A DNA stretch of 64,000 bases from an uncultured Chitinophagales bacterium (lineage in GTDB: Bacteria > Bacteroidota > Bacteroidia > Chitinophagales > JADIYW01): assembly GCA_964507125.1 (NCBI GenBank), contig CAZDOT010000009.1:13463-77462 (forward strand), written 5' to 3'. Under the pieces are notes generated by a model that was given only the letters and a program-made list of their open reading frames with translations, did not search any database and was not told the origin of the DNA. A program made the translations under genes and the position numbers. This document shows, piece by piece, positions 18,918 to 29,654 of the stretch (positions are counted from its first letter, which is position 1; every line of letters begins with the position of its first letter).

Positions 18918-19748
18918 ATGAAGCAAGTTATTTTTGGAATATTAGTACTGGTATGCATAGCAGCATGCCAACAAAAATCGTGGCAACAAACTGCTTCAGG
19001 AATACAATATAAAATTTTTACGAACGACACATCCAAGCCAAAGCCTATTTATGGCGATCATATTTGGATGCACTTACGCAAATACACACACACTAAAAAA
19101 GAGATTTTTAATACATCTATTTTTGACAATAAAAATGGCGTAGAATTGGAATTTAAAAAATCTGCCAATGCACATGATATTCTTTCCTATTTTACGCTAT
19201 TAGGAAGAGGCGATTCTATGTGGGTTCGTATTCCGATGCATTTAGTGGACAGCAATAGTACAAAAAAGAAATACTATACATTTCATTTAAACTTGTTGAA
19301 TTTTAAAAGAGCTGAAATTTATCATGCAGATAAAAAGATGCAAGCTATGCATCAAGCTGTTGCTGATTCATTAGCAATTGTAGATTATATAAGAAACAAA
19401 CAACTTCAAAATTTCAAACAAGATATGCATGGTATTTGGTTTGTACGAACACAAACTAAATCTATCACACCAATAAAAATGGGTGATTCTGTTTCCATTC
19501 ATTATAAAGGTTATTTAACGAATAATTGGGAGTTTGATAATTCCTTTCAACGAAATAAACCGTTGACATTTGTGATAGGCAAAAAGCAGGTGATTGAAGG
19601 ATTGGATAAAGGTATTCAGCATTTTTATAAAGGTGAAACAGGCACCATTATTATTCCAAGCAGATTGGCGTATGAGGATAAAGAAGTTGGAAAAATTCCA
19701 CCCAATTCTATCTTAATTTTTGATATTGAAGTTTTAGAAAATCAATAA
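18918..19748 (+). CDS. FKBP-type peptidyl-prolyl cis-trans isomerase, lipoprotein
   Basis: The start is taken at ATG 18918, giving lipobox LVCIAAC. The C-terminal FKBP domain shows VSIHYKGYL...FDNS...PLTFVIGKKQVIEGLD...PPNSILIFDIEVL. The upstream part of the listed ORF is antisense to the PTP gene. Confidence 0.9.
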   Translation: MKQVIFGILVLVCIAACQQKSWQQTASGIQYKIFTNDTSKPKPIYGDHIWMHLRKYTHTKKEIFNTSIFDNKNGVELEFKKSANAHDILSYFTLLGRGDSMWVRIPMHLVDSNSTKKKYYTFHLNLLNFKRAEIYHADKKMQAMHQAVADSLAIVDYIRNKQLQNFKQDMHGIWFVRTQTKSITPIKMGDSVSIHYKGYLTNNWEFDNSFQRNKPLTFVIGKKQVIEGLDKGIQHFYKGETGTIIIPSRLAYEDKEVGKIPPNSILIFDIEVLENQ

Positions 19749-19777
19749 ATAAAAGAAGGCTGTCTCAAAACAAAAAT

Positions 19778-19806
19778 AGCCACGAGTTAATCTCGTGGCT
19801 TTTTTG
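19778..19806. terminator. bidirectional intrinsic terminator between the FKBP and RND genes
   Basis: AGCCACGAG, loop TTAAT, CTCGTGGCT (9 bp perfect), then T5. An A-run lies upstream. Confidence 0.85.
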
Positions 19807-19821
19807 TAGCTACTATCTTTT

Positions 19822-22800
19822 TTATTTTTTTCGACCGCCAATTTTTTCTTTAATTCTATCAATTACATAGTAAACACTTGGTACTACAACTAATGTTAAA
19901 AGTAAAGAACTGCTTAAACCACCAATGATAACCCATGCCATCGAACGTTTAAATTCTGAACCCGGCCCGTTGGATAATGCAATAGGTAACATACCAAAAA
20001 TCATGGCAACGGTTGTCATTAAAATTGGTCTTAAACGCTCTTTTCCGGCTTCCACTAAGGCTTCTTTTAATTGCAAACCTTGTGCTTTTAATTGGTTGGT
20101 AAAGTCTACCAACAAAATACCATTTTTGGCAACTAAACCCATTAACATAATAAAACCAATAATACCGAAAATACTTAAACTTTCGTGTGTGAGTGCCAAT
20201 GCTAATACCGCACCGATGATGGCTACCGGAATGGAGAATAATACCACAAAAGGATATAAAGTACTTTCATACAATGCCACCATAATTAAATATACCATTA
20301 AGAAACCCAAACCCATAGCAATTCCTAAGCTTCCGAAGGAATCACCTTGATTTTTTTGCTCCCCTAAATATTCAATTTTTATGGTTGATGGAAATCCTGC
20401 TTTGTCAATTTGTTCTTTAATATCGGCGGTTACCGTTCCTGTTGGTCTGCCTACTGCGGAAGCTAAAACTTGAACAGAGTTCAAACGATTGTAACGTTCC
20501 AATACACCTTGTCCTTGCACTTCGCTGATGGTTGCAATATCTCCTAAACGCACCATTCCACCTGTTGGTGTTTGTATGGTTGTATTGGCAACATTGCTCA
20601 CGCTTTGTTTGTCGCCTTTATCATACATGATGTTAATTGCATACTCTTCGCCTTTATCTTTAAATTTAGATTGGTCATTACCTCTAAATGCTAATTGTAC
20701 GGCATATCCAACGCTTTGAATATTTAAGCCCATTTTAGCAATCTTATCTCTATTTAATGCAATTTGAATTTCTGTTTTAGATGATTTGGTACTGTATTCT
20801 ACATAATCCGTTCCCGGTGTGTTTTTGATGATTTCGTGTACTTTGCGTGCATAGGTCCACACTTCATCTAAATCAGCTCCCATTATTACTAATTGAATTT
20901 GTGGTTGGTTCCCACCGGTAATACTTGCCGGTTTGATAGAAAAGCTAATACCCGGAATGCTATCTAAACGTTTGCGAATAGCCGCTCCAATTTCATCCGT
21001 GGAGCGTGTACGTTCTAATTTATTTACCAGCGAAACCGTCATGTCTGCTTGATTGGGAATGGTGATGAAGCCACCCATTTGTGTTGCCACTGCACCAACA
21101 TTGGTAAATACTTTTGTTACTTCTTTATTGTCTAATACAATCTCTTCTATTTGTTGCACCACACGATTGGTTTGTTGCAATGTAGCTTGTGGTTCTAATT
21201 CTACAATTAAATTAAATTCTCCTCTATCACCGCTTCCGGCAAATGAACTACCAATAAATCCTGCTGAGCCAAGGAAACCGATGAATCCGAATAAACTCAA
21301 TACCAAAAATAAGACAACAATTTTATGACCTAAAACCCAATGTAATATTCTTCCATATGCTTCTATGAGTTTCTCTATTTGATGTTCTATCCATAAGTTG
21401 ATTCTGCCCCAAAGAGAATCTTTACTCAAGATGGCTAACTTTCCCCAACGAGAGGCTAATAAAGGTGTAAGTGTGAAGGATACGAATAAACTCATTAAGG
21501 TAGAGAATACGACCACTAAGGCAAACTCACGCAAGATATTTCCAATTAAACCACCTGCCATAGCTAATGGAACAAACACTACTATGTCCACTAAGGTGAT
21601 AGATAATGCAGTGAATCCAATTTCGCTTCTTCCATCTAATGATGCAGTTACTCTATCTTTTCCCATTTCCATGTGTCGGAAAATATTTTCCAATACCACA
21701 ATACTATCATCTACTAAAATACCTACCACGAGTGAGAGTGCAAGCAAGGTCATTAAGTTGAGTGAAAAGCCCATTAAATACATCAAAATAAAAGTAGGAA
21801 TCATGGCAGAAGGCAATGCTACTAATACGAATAATGAGCTTCTGAAACTGTGTAAAAAAATCAACATAACAAACGCAACGATGATAATAGCCAAGAACAA
21901 ATCGTGCGTTACAGCAGTAGCTGCTTCCATAGTATAAGTGGATTGGTCAATTGCTACTTCGTAATTAAATCCGTCTGCTGCATATTGTTGCACTATAGTG
22001 TCTAATTTTGCTTTTACTTTATGGCTTACTTCAACGGCGTTAGCATCTGTTTGTTTAGATATTTCTAAACCTAAACCAACACGTCCGTTTATTTTATTTA
22101 TCGTGGTTGGTGTGGCTGTTGCATCAGTAACACTGGCAACTTCTTTCAATAAAAGTTTACTGCCGTTTTTGTTTTCACGTACAATGAGGTTTCGCAAATC
22201 ATCTACTGTTTGGAATTTCTCATTTAAACGAATGGTGAAACGATTGTCCGTACTCTCAATATTTCCGGCAGGATAAGACATGTTGCTGATGGCAACCATT
22301 TGTGCTACTTGTGCGGTAGATAGATTATACGCTTGTAATTTTTCGTTGTCGAGTTTTACTTCTATTTCGCGTTGTGTTCCACCAATTAAACGCACACGAC
22401 CAACGCCTTCCACATTGGATAAAATGGGCTTTATTTTTTGGTCTACTAAATCGAATAATTCTGTTTCGCCAATTTTTGCAAATGTTGTTAATCGCAAAAC
22501 CGGAATTTCACTGGAACTAAATTTAGAAATCACCGGATCATCTGCATCGTCCGGTAAATCATTTTTTACTTGATTGATTTTTCTTTCAGCATCTGCTTGT
22601 GCAACAGATACATTCATGTCTTGTTTTAATTGAATAATAACAATCGAAACGTTTTCTTGAGAGTTAGAGGAAACAACGTCCACGCCTTCAATAGAAGAAA
22701 CAGCATCTTCTATTTTCTTTGTTACGTTGTTTTGTACTTCTTCCGATGAAGCACCTTTATAGATAGTTTGAATAGAGATAATTGGAGCTTCAAATTTTGG

Positions 22801-22911
22801 AAGTAGGTTGTAGTTTAATAAGCTGTATCCAAAGAAACCAAATATAATGAGTGTAAGAAACACCACACTAATTAATAAAGGTCTTTTTATCGCAATTTCG
22901 GTAATAGACAT
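19822..22911 (-). CDS. RND efflux transporter permease (AcrB/HAE1-like)
   Basis: 1029 aa with 12-TM RND topology and two large periplasmic loops. The N-terminus is SITEIAIKRPLLISVVFL.... Confidence 0.95.
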   Translation of the reverse strand: MSITEIAIKRPLLISVVFLTLIIFGFFGYSLLNYNLLPKFEAPIISIQTIYKGASSEEVQNNVTKKIEDAVSSIEGVDVVSSNSQENVSIVIIQLKQDMNVSVAQADAERKINQVKNDLPDDADDPVISKFSSSEIPVLRLTTFAKIGETELFDLVDQKIKPILSNVEGVGRVRLIGGTQREIEVKLDNEKLQAYNLSTAQVAQMVAISNMSYPAGNIESTDNRFTIRLNEKFQTVDDLRNLIVRENKNGSKLLLKEVASVTDATATPTTINKINGRVGLGLEISKQTDANAVEVSHKVKAKLDTIVQQYAADGFNYEVAIDQSTYTMEAATAVTHDLFLAIIIVAFVMLIFLHSFRSSLFVLVALPSAMIPTFILMYLMGFSLNLMTLLALSLVVGILVDDSIVVLENIFRHMEMGKDRVTASLDGRSEIGFTALSITLVDIVVFVPLAMAGGLIGNILREFALVVVFSTLMSLFVSFTLTPLLASRWGKLAILSKDSLWGRINLWIEHQIEKLIEAYGRILHWVLGHKIVVLFLVLSLFGFIGFLGSAGFIGSSFAGSGDRGEFNLIVELEPQATLQQTNRVVQQIEEIVLDNKEVTKVFTNVGAVATQMGGFITIPNQADMTVSLVNKLERTRSTDEIGAAIRKRLDSIPGISFSIKPASITGGNQPQIQLVIMGADLDEVWTYARKVHEIIKNTPGTDYVEYSTKSSKTEIQIALNRDKIAKMGLNIQSVGYAVQLAFRGNDQSKFKDKGEEYAINIMYDKGDKQSVSNVANTTIQTPTGGMVRLGDIATISEVQGQGVLERYNRLNSVQVLASAVGRPTGTVTADIKEQIDKAGFPSTIKIEYLGEQKNQGDSFGSLGIAMGLGFLMVYLIMVALYESTLYPFVVLFSIPVAIIGAVLALALTHESLSIFGIIGFIMLMGLVAKNGILLVDFTNQLKAQGLQLKEALVEAGKERLRPILMTTVAMIFGMLPIALSNGPGSEFKRSMAWVIIGGLSSSLLLTLVVVPSVYYVIDRIKEKIGGRKK

Positions 22912-22995
22912 ATCAGCAATTTTTTATTTTATTTTTAATATCGATAACAAGTTAAATGCTCCGCTTTTTATAATGAGCATATTGGTTGCTCTCCA

Positions 22996-24054
22996 TTAAT
23001 TTTTTGAGTTTACAATTTGGATTTTGCTTTTTTCTGTCAAATTAATTTGACCACTCGTTACTATTTTTTCACCGGCAGTTAATCCACTTAATACTACAAT
23101 GTTTTGTCCGATGTCTTCACCCACTACAATTTTTCTAACAGCAATAGAATTGCCATTTACAACATATACATACGGATTTTTTACACCTTCTACCAATGCC
23201 ATTTTTGGAATTTGCAATGCATCTGCCGGTTTTTTGAAGTTGAATTTTACTTGCACATACGTACCGGCTTTGTAGCCATTATTTGGAATGTGAACTTCCA
23301 CTTTGTAGTTGTGGTTCTCATCACCTTTTGGTGCTATGTATTTAATGATTCCTGTTGTTTTTTTATCCGGAAATATATCAGATGTAATTTGAGCCGATTG
23401 TCCAACTCTTAAATCATAAACATTTTTCTCACTCACATACACTATCGCTTTCAATACGGATACGTCCATAATGCTTGCTAATGGTGTTCCCGGATTGGCA
23501 AACTCTCCGGCATTTGCATTTTTTTGTACAATGATACCACTAATAGGTGCGTAAATATTGTTGTCTGCAATTTGTTGTAAGTAATTTTCTTTTTGTATTC
23601 TGGCAGATTCTAAATTGTAATTCAAATCATTAATTGCATTAGCAGGAGCTGCGTCACCGGCTACTAAATCTTGTGTTCTTTTTAAATCGTCTTCCAATTT
23701 TTTAATAGTTGCTTCAGTTGATTTTACGCCGATTTCACGTTGTTTAGAATCTATTTTCCCTATCAATTGTCCTTTGGTTACGTGTTGACCGATTTCAATA
23801 TTAAAAGAAGCTAATTTTCCCGGTTGTGTTGCCGTAATAATACCGGTGTTATTGTTGTCTAACACAGCCGGAAGAGAATAATCTGTACTTACCGGAATAT
23901 AATTCACATCAAAAGTAGTAACAGAAACCGGTACGTTGCTTCTGTCAATAGGTTTTGCATTGGCATCGATAATTTTTTTGTTTGCCGATAATTTATAAAT
24001 CATTCCGCCAATTAAAAGTACTGCGATAACTCCGATTATAATTTTATTTTTCAT
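22996..24054 (-). CDS. RND efflux periplasmic adaptor (membrane fusion protein)
   Basis: N-terminal anchor, lipoyl/hairpin/beta-barrel layout, and a position between the TolC-like and RND genes. Confidence 0.9.
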   Translation of the reverse strand: MKNKIIIGVIAVLLIGGMIYKLSANKKIIDANAKPIDRSNVPVSVTTFDVNYIPVSTDYSLPAVLDNNNTGIITATQPGKLASFNIEIGQHVTKGQLIGKIDSKQREIGVKSTEATIKKLEDDLKRTQDLVAGDAAPANAINDLNYNLESARIQKENYLQQIADNNIYAPISGIIVQKNANAGEFANPGTPLASIMDVSVLKAIVYVSEKNVYDLRVGQSAQITSDIFPDKKTTGIIKYIAPKGDENHNYKVEVHIPNNGYKAGTYVQVKFNFKKPADALQIPKMALVEGVKNPYVYVVNGNSIAVRKIVVGEDIGQNIVVLSGLTAGEKIVTSGQINLTEKSKIQIVNSKN

Positions 24055-24100
24055 GCGATGTATTTTTATTTATGTTTAGTTGGTTTGTTTGTTTTTAATT

Positions 24101-25441
24101 TTATTTATAGCTGTTTAAGTTTCCGTTGGCTTTGTCTATTTCTAATTTGGCATTTAATAAATCAACAAAAGAGCGTATGTAATTAGCTTCTGCCTCTTGA
24201 TAAGCCGATTGTGAAGAAAGCCATTCCGGATAGCTTGTCGTTCCTTTTTGATATTGAAGTGTGGCTACATCTAAAATATTCTTAGCCATTTCCATATTTG
24301 TTTTATTGATTTGGATATTGTCCGTTGCGTTTAAATATTTGGTATTGGCATTTTTCATTTGAAATTTCAATCCGGCTTCTGTTTGTGCAATGGTTTCGTT
24401 TAATGTATTTAAGTTTAATTTAGATTGCTTTAGCGCACTTGCTGTTCGTAAACCATCAAAAATGGGAATTTGTAATTGCAAACCTAATGCAGCTATCGGT
24501 GTCCAATGTTTGAAAGACTCGCCAAATTTGTTGCCTAATGTTTGGCCTGCATATTTCGCATAGAAAGATAAGACAGGATAATACGGTGCACTTGTTCGTT
24601 TATACAATACGTTTTGTAGTTGTAAATTTTTTCTAAGAATGCGAAGTTCAATTTTGTTTTTGATGTTTGCTGTATCAGAAAAAGAGTACATATCGAGTAT
24701 TTCTTTCGAATATGATGTATCAATTGTAATGTCTGTTTCCAATGGTAATTGCATATTGTATTTCAAATTGTCGTATGCCAATGTTTTATTGGTATTTAGG
24801 ATTTCTTTTTGTGCTATTAAATTATTGATGTTCACTTGAATTCTGTCTACATCCACCTTTTTTATCATGCCTTTTTCATTTTGTAGTTTTACGACAGGCA
24901 ATGTTTTGTTTAATCGATCTTCATTCAGTAATAATAATTTTTCTTGCTCATTTATTAAAATGATTTGATAATAAGCTGTGATGGTATTATATATAATATC
25001 TTCTTTGGTTTTCTCTTTTTTTAATTCAGCTAATTCGTAGCTTGGTTTTATTGCTCTGATGCCATCTATATATGATTTATTATATAAAAATTGATCGAGT
25101 TGCACGCCAACTACGGTGGAGAAATGGTTTCCAAAGGCAACGGTACTTGGGAAAGTTTGACCTAATGCAGCACCTAATTGAACAAACTCATCCGGTAAGG
25201 CTGATTGCTGTAATTGTATATTATAATCCCATTTTGCAATACCATTAATTTGTGGCATATAAGCAGATTGCCCTTCTTTTTTACGAGCATACGCTACTTG
25301 TACATCGTTTTCAGCTATCTTGATGTTGTGATGATTTTTTAATGCGTAATCAATACATTGTTTTAGTGTATAAGTTGTTTGTGCATACGAAACACAAGTA
25401 GTAAATAATACGCTGAGCAGGATTATACTTTGTCTAATCAT
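24101..25441 (-). CDS. TolC-family outer membrane efflux protein
   Basis: Signal peptide, a two-repeat coiled/beta architecture, and 446 aa. The start overlaps the TetR stop (ATGA). Confidence 0.9.
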   Translation of the reverse strand: MIRQSIILLSVLFTTCVSYAQTTYTLKQCIDYALKNHHNIKIAENDVQVAYARKKEGQSAYMPQINGIAKWDYNIQLQQSALPDEFVQLGAALGQTFPSTVAFGNHFSTVVGVQLDQFLYNKSYIDGIRAIKPSYELAELKKEKTKEDIIYNTITAYYQIILINEQEKLLLLNEDRLNKTLPVVKLQNEKGMIKKVDVDRIQVNINNLIAQKEILNTNKTLAYDNLKYNMQLPLETDITIDTSYSKEILDMYSFSDTANIKNKIELRILRKNLQLQNVLYKRTSAPYYPVLSFYAKYAGQTLGNKFGESFKHWTPIAALGLQLQIPIFDGLRTASALKQSKLNLNTLNETIAQTEAGLKFQMKNANTKYLNATDNIQINKTNMEMAKNILDVATLQYQKGTTSYPEWLSSQSAYQEAEANYIRSFVDLLNAKLEIDKANGNLNSYK

Positions 25442-26076
25442 AAATTTATTTTTCTGGATTTGTTCAATTTTTCAAATAATTTAATTCCTTCCGGTGTAGC
25501 AATTGCATGCAAATTATATCTTATAATTTCGCGATGAATTTCGTCCGGTCTGGATGAAAGTGTGTGGTTTTGTTCTATCGGAAGCATGGATAAGTGCAAC
25601 TGTAAAGACGATACTATTTCTATGTCGATATCATTTCTGTAATAACCTTGTGCAATTCCTTTTTTCAAATTGTTTTTAATATTGTCTTTGGCAAAAGAGT
25701 TGATATGGTTCGATATTAATTCCCAACTTTCCGGATAAAATTTTGTAATCTCTTTTAATAAAGATGGATGAAATTGTTGCAATTCATTGTTTACATGATT
25801 TGAAATCATCATCCACTCTTCAATGGCATTTTCTGTTTTTTCTGAAATTTCACGGATAATAGCTTCATCTTGTTGCAAATCATACATAATACAAAAACGG
25901 ACTAAATCAGCTTTGTTTTTTATTTCTTGATATAATGTTTTTTTGGAGATTCCAAGCTCTTTCGCCAAGTCATCCATTGTTGTATTTCGCACACCCATCT
26001 GATTAAATAATAAACGTGCCTTCTCAAATATCTTGGATGGAATGCATCGTTCATCTATGTGTACTAAATTCTTCAT
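25438..26076 (-). CDS. TetR/AcrR-family transcriptional regulator
   Basis: HTH segment GVRNTTMDDLAKELGISKKTLYQ. The start is taken at ATG 26076, since 26097 is a TTG. It is the first gene of the efflux operon. Confidence 0.9.
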   Translation of the reverse strand: MKNLVHIDERCIPSKIFEKARLLFNQMGVRNTTMDDLAKELGISKKTLYQEIKNKADLVRFCIMYDLQQDEAIIREISEKTENAIEEWMMISNHVNNELQQFHPSLLKEITKFYPESWELISNHINSFAKDNIKNNLKKGIAQGYYRNDIDIEIVSSLQLHLSMLPIEQNHTLSSRPDEIHREIIRYNLHAIATPEGIKLFEKLNKSRKINL

Positions 26077-26104
26077 TGTGGAGGCAAAATTATACAAAAT
26101 AAAC

Positions 26105-26138
26105 TTTGGAAACTCTAATAGGTTTTAAAGTTTCCAAA
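26105..26138. promoter_or_regulatory. perfect 10-bp inverted repeat, candidate TetR operator
   Basis: TTTGGAAACT (26105-26114), N14, AGTTTCCAAA (26129-26138). It lies about 30 nt upstream of the TetR start, in the divergent intergenic region. Confidence 0.5.
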
Positions 26139-26158
26139 AATTTAATATTAATTAATTG

Positions 26159-26166
26159 TAGCTTTG
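26159..26166 (+). promoter_or_regulatory. TAnnTTTG (-7) promoter box upstream of the dehydrogenase gene
   Basis: TAGCTTTG lies 13 nt before ATG 26180. I found no clear -33 TTG. Confidence 0.3.
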
Positions 26167-26179
26167 AAAAAACAATAAT

Positions 26180-27169
26180 ATGAAAGCATTTGTCTTAAAT
26201 ACAGATTCATTTCAATTAGAAGAAATAGAAAAGCCTACGTTACAACCGAATCATGTATTGGTAAAAATGAAGTATGCGGCACTCAACCACCGCGACCAAT
26301 GGATTCGCGAAGGACAATATGCCAAAATTCAATTGCCAGCAATTTTAGGTTCTGATGGTTGTGGTGAAGTAGTTGAAGTCGAAAACGAAAGAGATGCACA
26401 TTGGAAAGGACGAGAAGTGGTGATAAATCCCAATATTAATTGGGGCAACAATCCTGCGTTTCAACAAAAAGAATATCAAATTTTAGGCATGCCTACTCAA
26501 GGTACCATGGCAGAATATCTCAGTGTGCAAGCAGATAGGATTCATCCTAAACCAGCGCATCTAAGTAGTGAGCAAGCTGCAGCATTGCCATTAGCCGGAT
26601 TAACTGCATACAATGCCTTATTTAATAAAGGAAAAGCAGAAAGTGGTATGCAAATTCTGATTTCCGGAGTAGGTGGTGGCGTAGCACAGTTTGCCTTTTT
26701 GTATGCTGTTGCCATCGGAGCAAAAGTGTATGTAACGTCGAGCAAACAAGAAGTGATTGATAGATGTAAAAGTTTAGGTGCAATTAATGGTGTCAGCTAT
26801 AAAGAAGAAAATGCCATTCGGGATTTAGCTAAATCAATCGGTGGATTTGACATAATCATTGATAGTGCTTGTGGTAATGGCATGAATGACTTAATTGCCA
26901 CTTTAAAACCCGGTGGAAAGTTTGTGTTTTATGGTGCAACCAAAGGCTTACCAAAAGATTTGAATATGCGTCAAGTATTTTGGAATCATCTGCAAATACT
27001 AGGTTCTACAATGGGCAGTGATGCTGATTTTTTAAATATGATTGCTTTTTGTGATAAACATAAAATTATTCCTATCCTAGATAATACCTTTGATTTGAAT
27101 GATACTGTTGCGGCATTTGATAGAATGAAAAATGGTGATCACTTTGGCAAGATTATTGTTAAAATTTAA
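26180..27169 (+). CDS. zinc-type alcohol dehydrogenase / quinone oxidoreductase family (MDR) protein
   Basis: GSDGCGEV, the Rossmann motif ISGVGGGVAQFA, and 329 aa. Confidence 0.88.
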   Translation: MKAFVLNTDSFQLEEIEKPTLQPNHVLVKMKYAALNHRDQWIREGQYAKIQLPAILGSDGCGEVVEVENERDAHWKGREVVINPNINWGNNPAFQQKEYQILGMPTQGTMAEYLSVQADRIHPKPAHLSSEQAAALPLAGLTAYNALFNKGKAESGMQILISGVGGGVAQFAFLYAVAIGAKVYVTSSKQEVIDRCKSLGAINGVSYKEENAIRDLAKSIGGFDIIIDSACGNGMNDLIATLKPGGKFVFYGATKGLPKDLNMRQVFWNHLQILGSTMGSDADFLNMIAFCDKHKIIPILDNTFDLNDTVAAFDRMKNGDHFGKIIVKI

Positions 27170-27199
27170 CTTCAATATTAACCAAAAAAAATAAATTAA

Positions 27200-27781
27200 A
27201 TGGATTTACAACAACTTTTAAGTGGCTCATTAGGACAACAAGCTACTCAACTCATCAGTAATCAATTGGGGATGGATCCACAACAAGCACAAAATGCGGT
27301 GGGTTTTGCATTGCCTACATTATTAAACGCCTTAAATAATAATGCCTCTACACAAGATGGTGCAACTTCCTTATTAAATGCCTTAAATAAAGATCATAGT
27401 AATGGTGGGCTGGATGACTTAGCAAGTTTGGCTCAAAATGCTTTGAGCGGAGAAGGAAACTCTATGTTAAAGCATATTTTAGGCGACTTACAGCCAAATG
27501 TCGAAAATGCTGTTTCACAGAATTCAGGAATTGGAACAGGTCAAGCATCTCAAGTATTGCAAATATTAGCACCCATCGTACTAAAAACATTAGGTGGCCA
27601 AACGCAATCTCAAGGTTTAAATATTGCAGGATTGGCAGGCTTATTAAGTAATTTTGTTGGTAATCAGCAACAAGCTGCACCGCAGCAAAATGATTTAATT
27701 TCAAAATTATTAGACAGAAATAATGATGGTAACGTGATAGATGATGTTGCCGGATTATTGGGTAATCTGTTTAAGAAATAG
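27200..27781 (+). CDS. DUF937-like protein
   Basis: The repetitive low-complexity pattern MDLQQLL...QAQNAVGFALPTLLNAL...LLNAL...ILAPIVLKTLG resembles DUF937 family members as I recall them. Confidence 0.65.
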   Translation: MDLQQLLSGSLGQQATQLISNQLGMDPQQAQNAVGFALPTLLNALNNNASTQDGATSLLNALNKDHSNGGLDDLASLAQNALSGEGNSMLKHILGDLQPNVENAVSQNSGIGTGQASQVLQILAPIVLKTLGGQTQSQGLNIAGLAGLLSNFVGNQQQAAPQQNDLISKLLDRNNDGNVIDDVAGLLGNLFKK

Positions 27782-27810
27782 AATTATTCATCAATATTAT
27801 TTTTTTTAAT

Positions 27811-27846
27811 AAAGAAGGGCTGTTTCATTCGAAACAGCCCTTCTTT
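27811..27846. terminator. bidirectional terminator hairpin (16-bp perfect stem)
   Basis: AAAGAAGGGCTGTTTC, loop ATTC, GAAACAGCCCTTCTTT. It lies between convergent genes. Confidence 0.85.
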
Positions 27847-27866
27847 ATTAAAGGTACAATACGATA

Positions 27867-29654
27867 TTAAAGATTGTATTGTCCGGCTTCTAATATTTTA
27901 GCAGCAATTCTTCTTCTTGCTTCTTTTACATTTACCGGTTCATATTTTGTAAAGCGTTTTAAGCCCATCATCATAATGCGTAATTCATCACCTTCAGCAA
28001 ATGATTGTAAGGCATCTTTGCCATATACATTTATTTTATTCATTGCATCATTGATAAATACTTTTAAGATGTCTGTATAAATTGCATCTGTTTTTTCGCC
28101 AGCTTCTGTGATTTTTTGAACACGCAATAATAAAGACTCTGCAGCATAGATTTGAATCAACATGTCTGCTGCATTCATAATTATTTCTTGCTCGTCTTTC
28201 ATTTTTGCCATCAATTTTTGAACAGCACCACCGGCAACTAATAAGAATGCTTTTTTCGCATTTTTAATAGCTTTTGCTTCAGCCGCAAATGCACTTTCGT
28301 CATCATTGCTAAAGTCAGGAACGCTCATTAATTCTTTTTGGATTGCCATGCCCGGTGTCATCAAATCAATTTTACCACTCATCGCACGTTTTAACAACAT
28401 GTCAATGGATAATAAACGGTTGATTTCGTTAGTACCTTCGTAGATACGAGCAATACGAGAATCTCTATAGGCTCTTGCAGCAGTACCTTCTTCAGAGAAG
28501 CCCATACCACCGTGAATTTGTACGTTTTCATCTACGATGAAATCTAACACTTCTGAACCTAATACTTTTACGATAGAACATTCAATTGCATATTCTTCAG
28601 CAGCACCTAATAAGGCTTTAGAGAATTCTTTTCCGGCTGCTAAGTTTTCGTGTTCTAATTTACCGATGTCGTTGGCACATCTGTAAGTGGCAACTTCTAA
28701 AGCAAACAATTGGATTGCCATTTCTGCAACTTTATGTTGGATAGCACCAAATGTGCTAATCGCTTTTCCAAATTGTGTACGCTCATTGGCATAACGTACC
28801 GCAGCATTGAAAGCTTCGCGTGCACCACCTAAAGCAGTAGCACCTAATTTATATCTTCCGATATTTAAAATGTTGAACGCAATAAGATGTCCTTTACCAC
28901 GCTCACCTAACATGTTTTCAACCGGAATTCTGCAGTTCTCAAAAAATACTTGACGAGTAGAAGAACCTTTGATACCCATTTTATCTTCTTCTGCACCTAA
29001 GTTTAAACCAGGTGTGCCTTTTTCTACTAAGAAAGCGGTAAATTCCTTTCCGTCAATTTTAGCAAACACGGTAAATGAATGTGCGAAACCAGCGTTGGTA
29101 ATCCACATTTTTTGTCCGTTTAATATCCATTCTTTTCCATCTTCAGAAAGTGTTGCAATTGTTTTAGCACCTAATGCATCTGAACCGGAACTTGGCTCTG
29201 TTAAGCAGTAAGAAGCCGGCCATTCACCACTCGCTAAGTTGGGTAAGAATTTTTGTTTTTGTTCTTCGTTACCGAAATATAAGATAGGCAAAGTACCGAT
29301 ACCAATATGGCAAATTGCAGTAGTAGCAAATGAACCGGTACGACCAAATTCTTCAGCAATAATACAACCTGTGATTACATCTTGATTCATTCCGCCATAT
29401 GATTCAGGAATGGCAGTTGACAACAAGCCTAATTCTCCGGCTTTTTTCAATAAATCGGTAGATAATCCCGGCTCTTGTTTTTCGTATTCTTTCCAACGAG
29501 GCATTACCTCTTTTTCTACGAAATCAGATGCCATAGAACGCACCATTTGTTGTTCTTCGGTATAATCTTCCGGTGTAAAAACTTGCTCAGTAGTAGATTC
29601 TTTAATGATGAATTCACCACCTTTTAATGACTTGATTTGATCTAAAGTTTCCAT
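27867..29654 (-). CDS. acyl-CoA dehydrogenase (long, ~600-aa form)
   Basis: LTEPSSGSDA, WITNAGFA and YEGTNEINRL motifs, with an extra C-terminal helical domain. Confidence 0.93.
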   Translation of the reverse strand: METLDQIKSLKGGEFIIKESTTEQVFTPEDYTEEQQMVRSMASDFVEKEVMPRWKEYEKQEPGLSTDLLKKAGELGLLSTAIPESYGGMNQDVITGCIIAEEFGRTGSFATTAICHIGIGTLPILYFGNEEQKQKFLPNLASGEWPASYCLTEPSSGSDALGAKTIATLSEDGKEWILNGQKMWITNAGFAHSFTVFAKIDGKEFTAFLVEKGTPGLNLGAEEDKMGIKGSSTRQVFFENCRIPVENMLGERGKGHLIAFNILNIGRYKLGATALGGAREAFNAAVRYANERTQFGKAISTFGAIQHKVAEMAIQLFALEVATYRCANDIGKLEHENLAAGKEFSKALLGAAEEYAIECSIVKVLGSEVLDFIVDENVQIHGGMGFSEEGTAARAYRDSRIARIYEGTNEINRLLSIDMLLKRAMSGKIDLMTPGMAIQKELMSVPDFSNDDESAFAAEAKAIKNAKKAFLLVAGGAVQKLMAKMKDEQEIIMNAADMLIQIYAAESLLLRVQKITEAGEKTDAIYTDILKVFINDAMNKINVYGKDALQSFAEGDELRIMMMGLKRFTKYEPVNVKEARRRIAAKILEAGQYNL

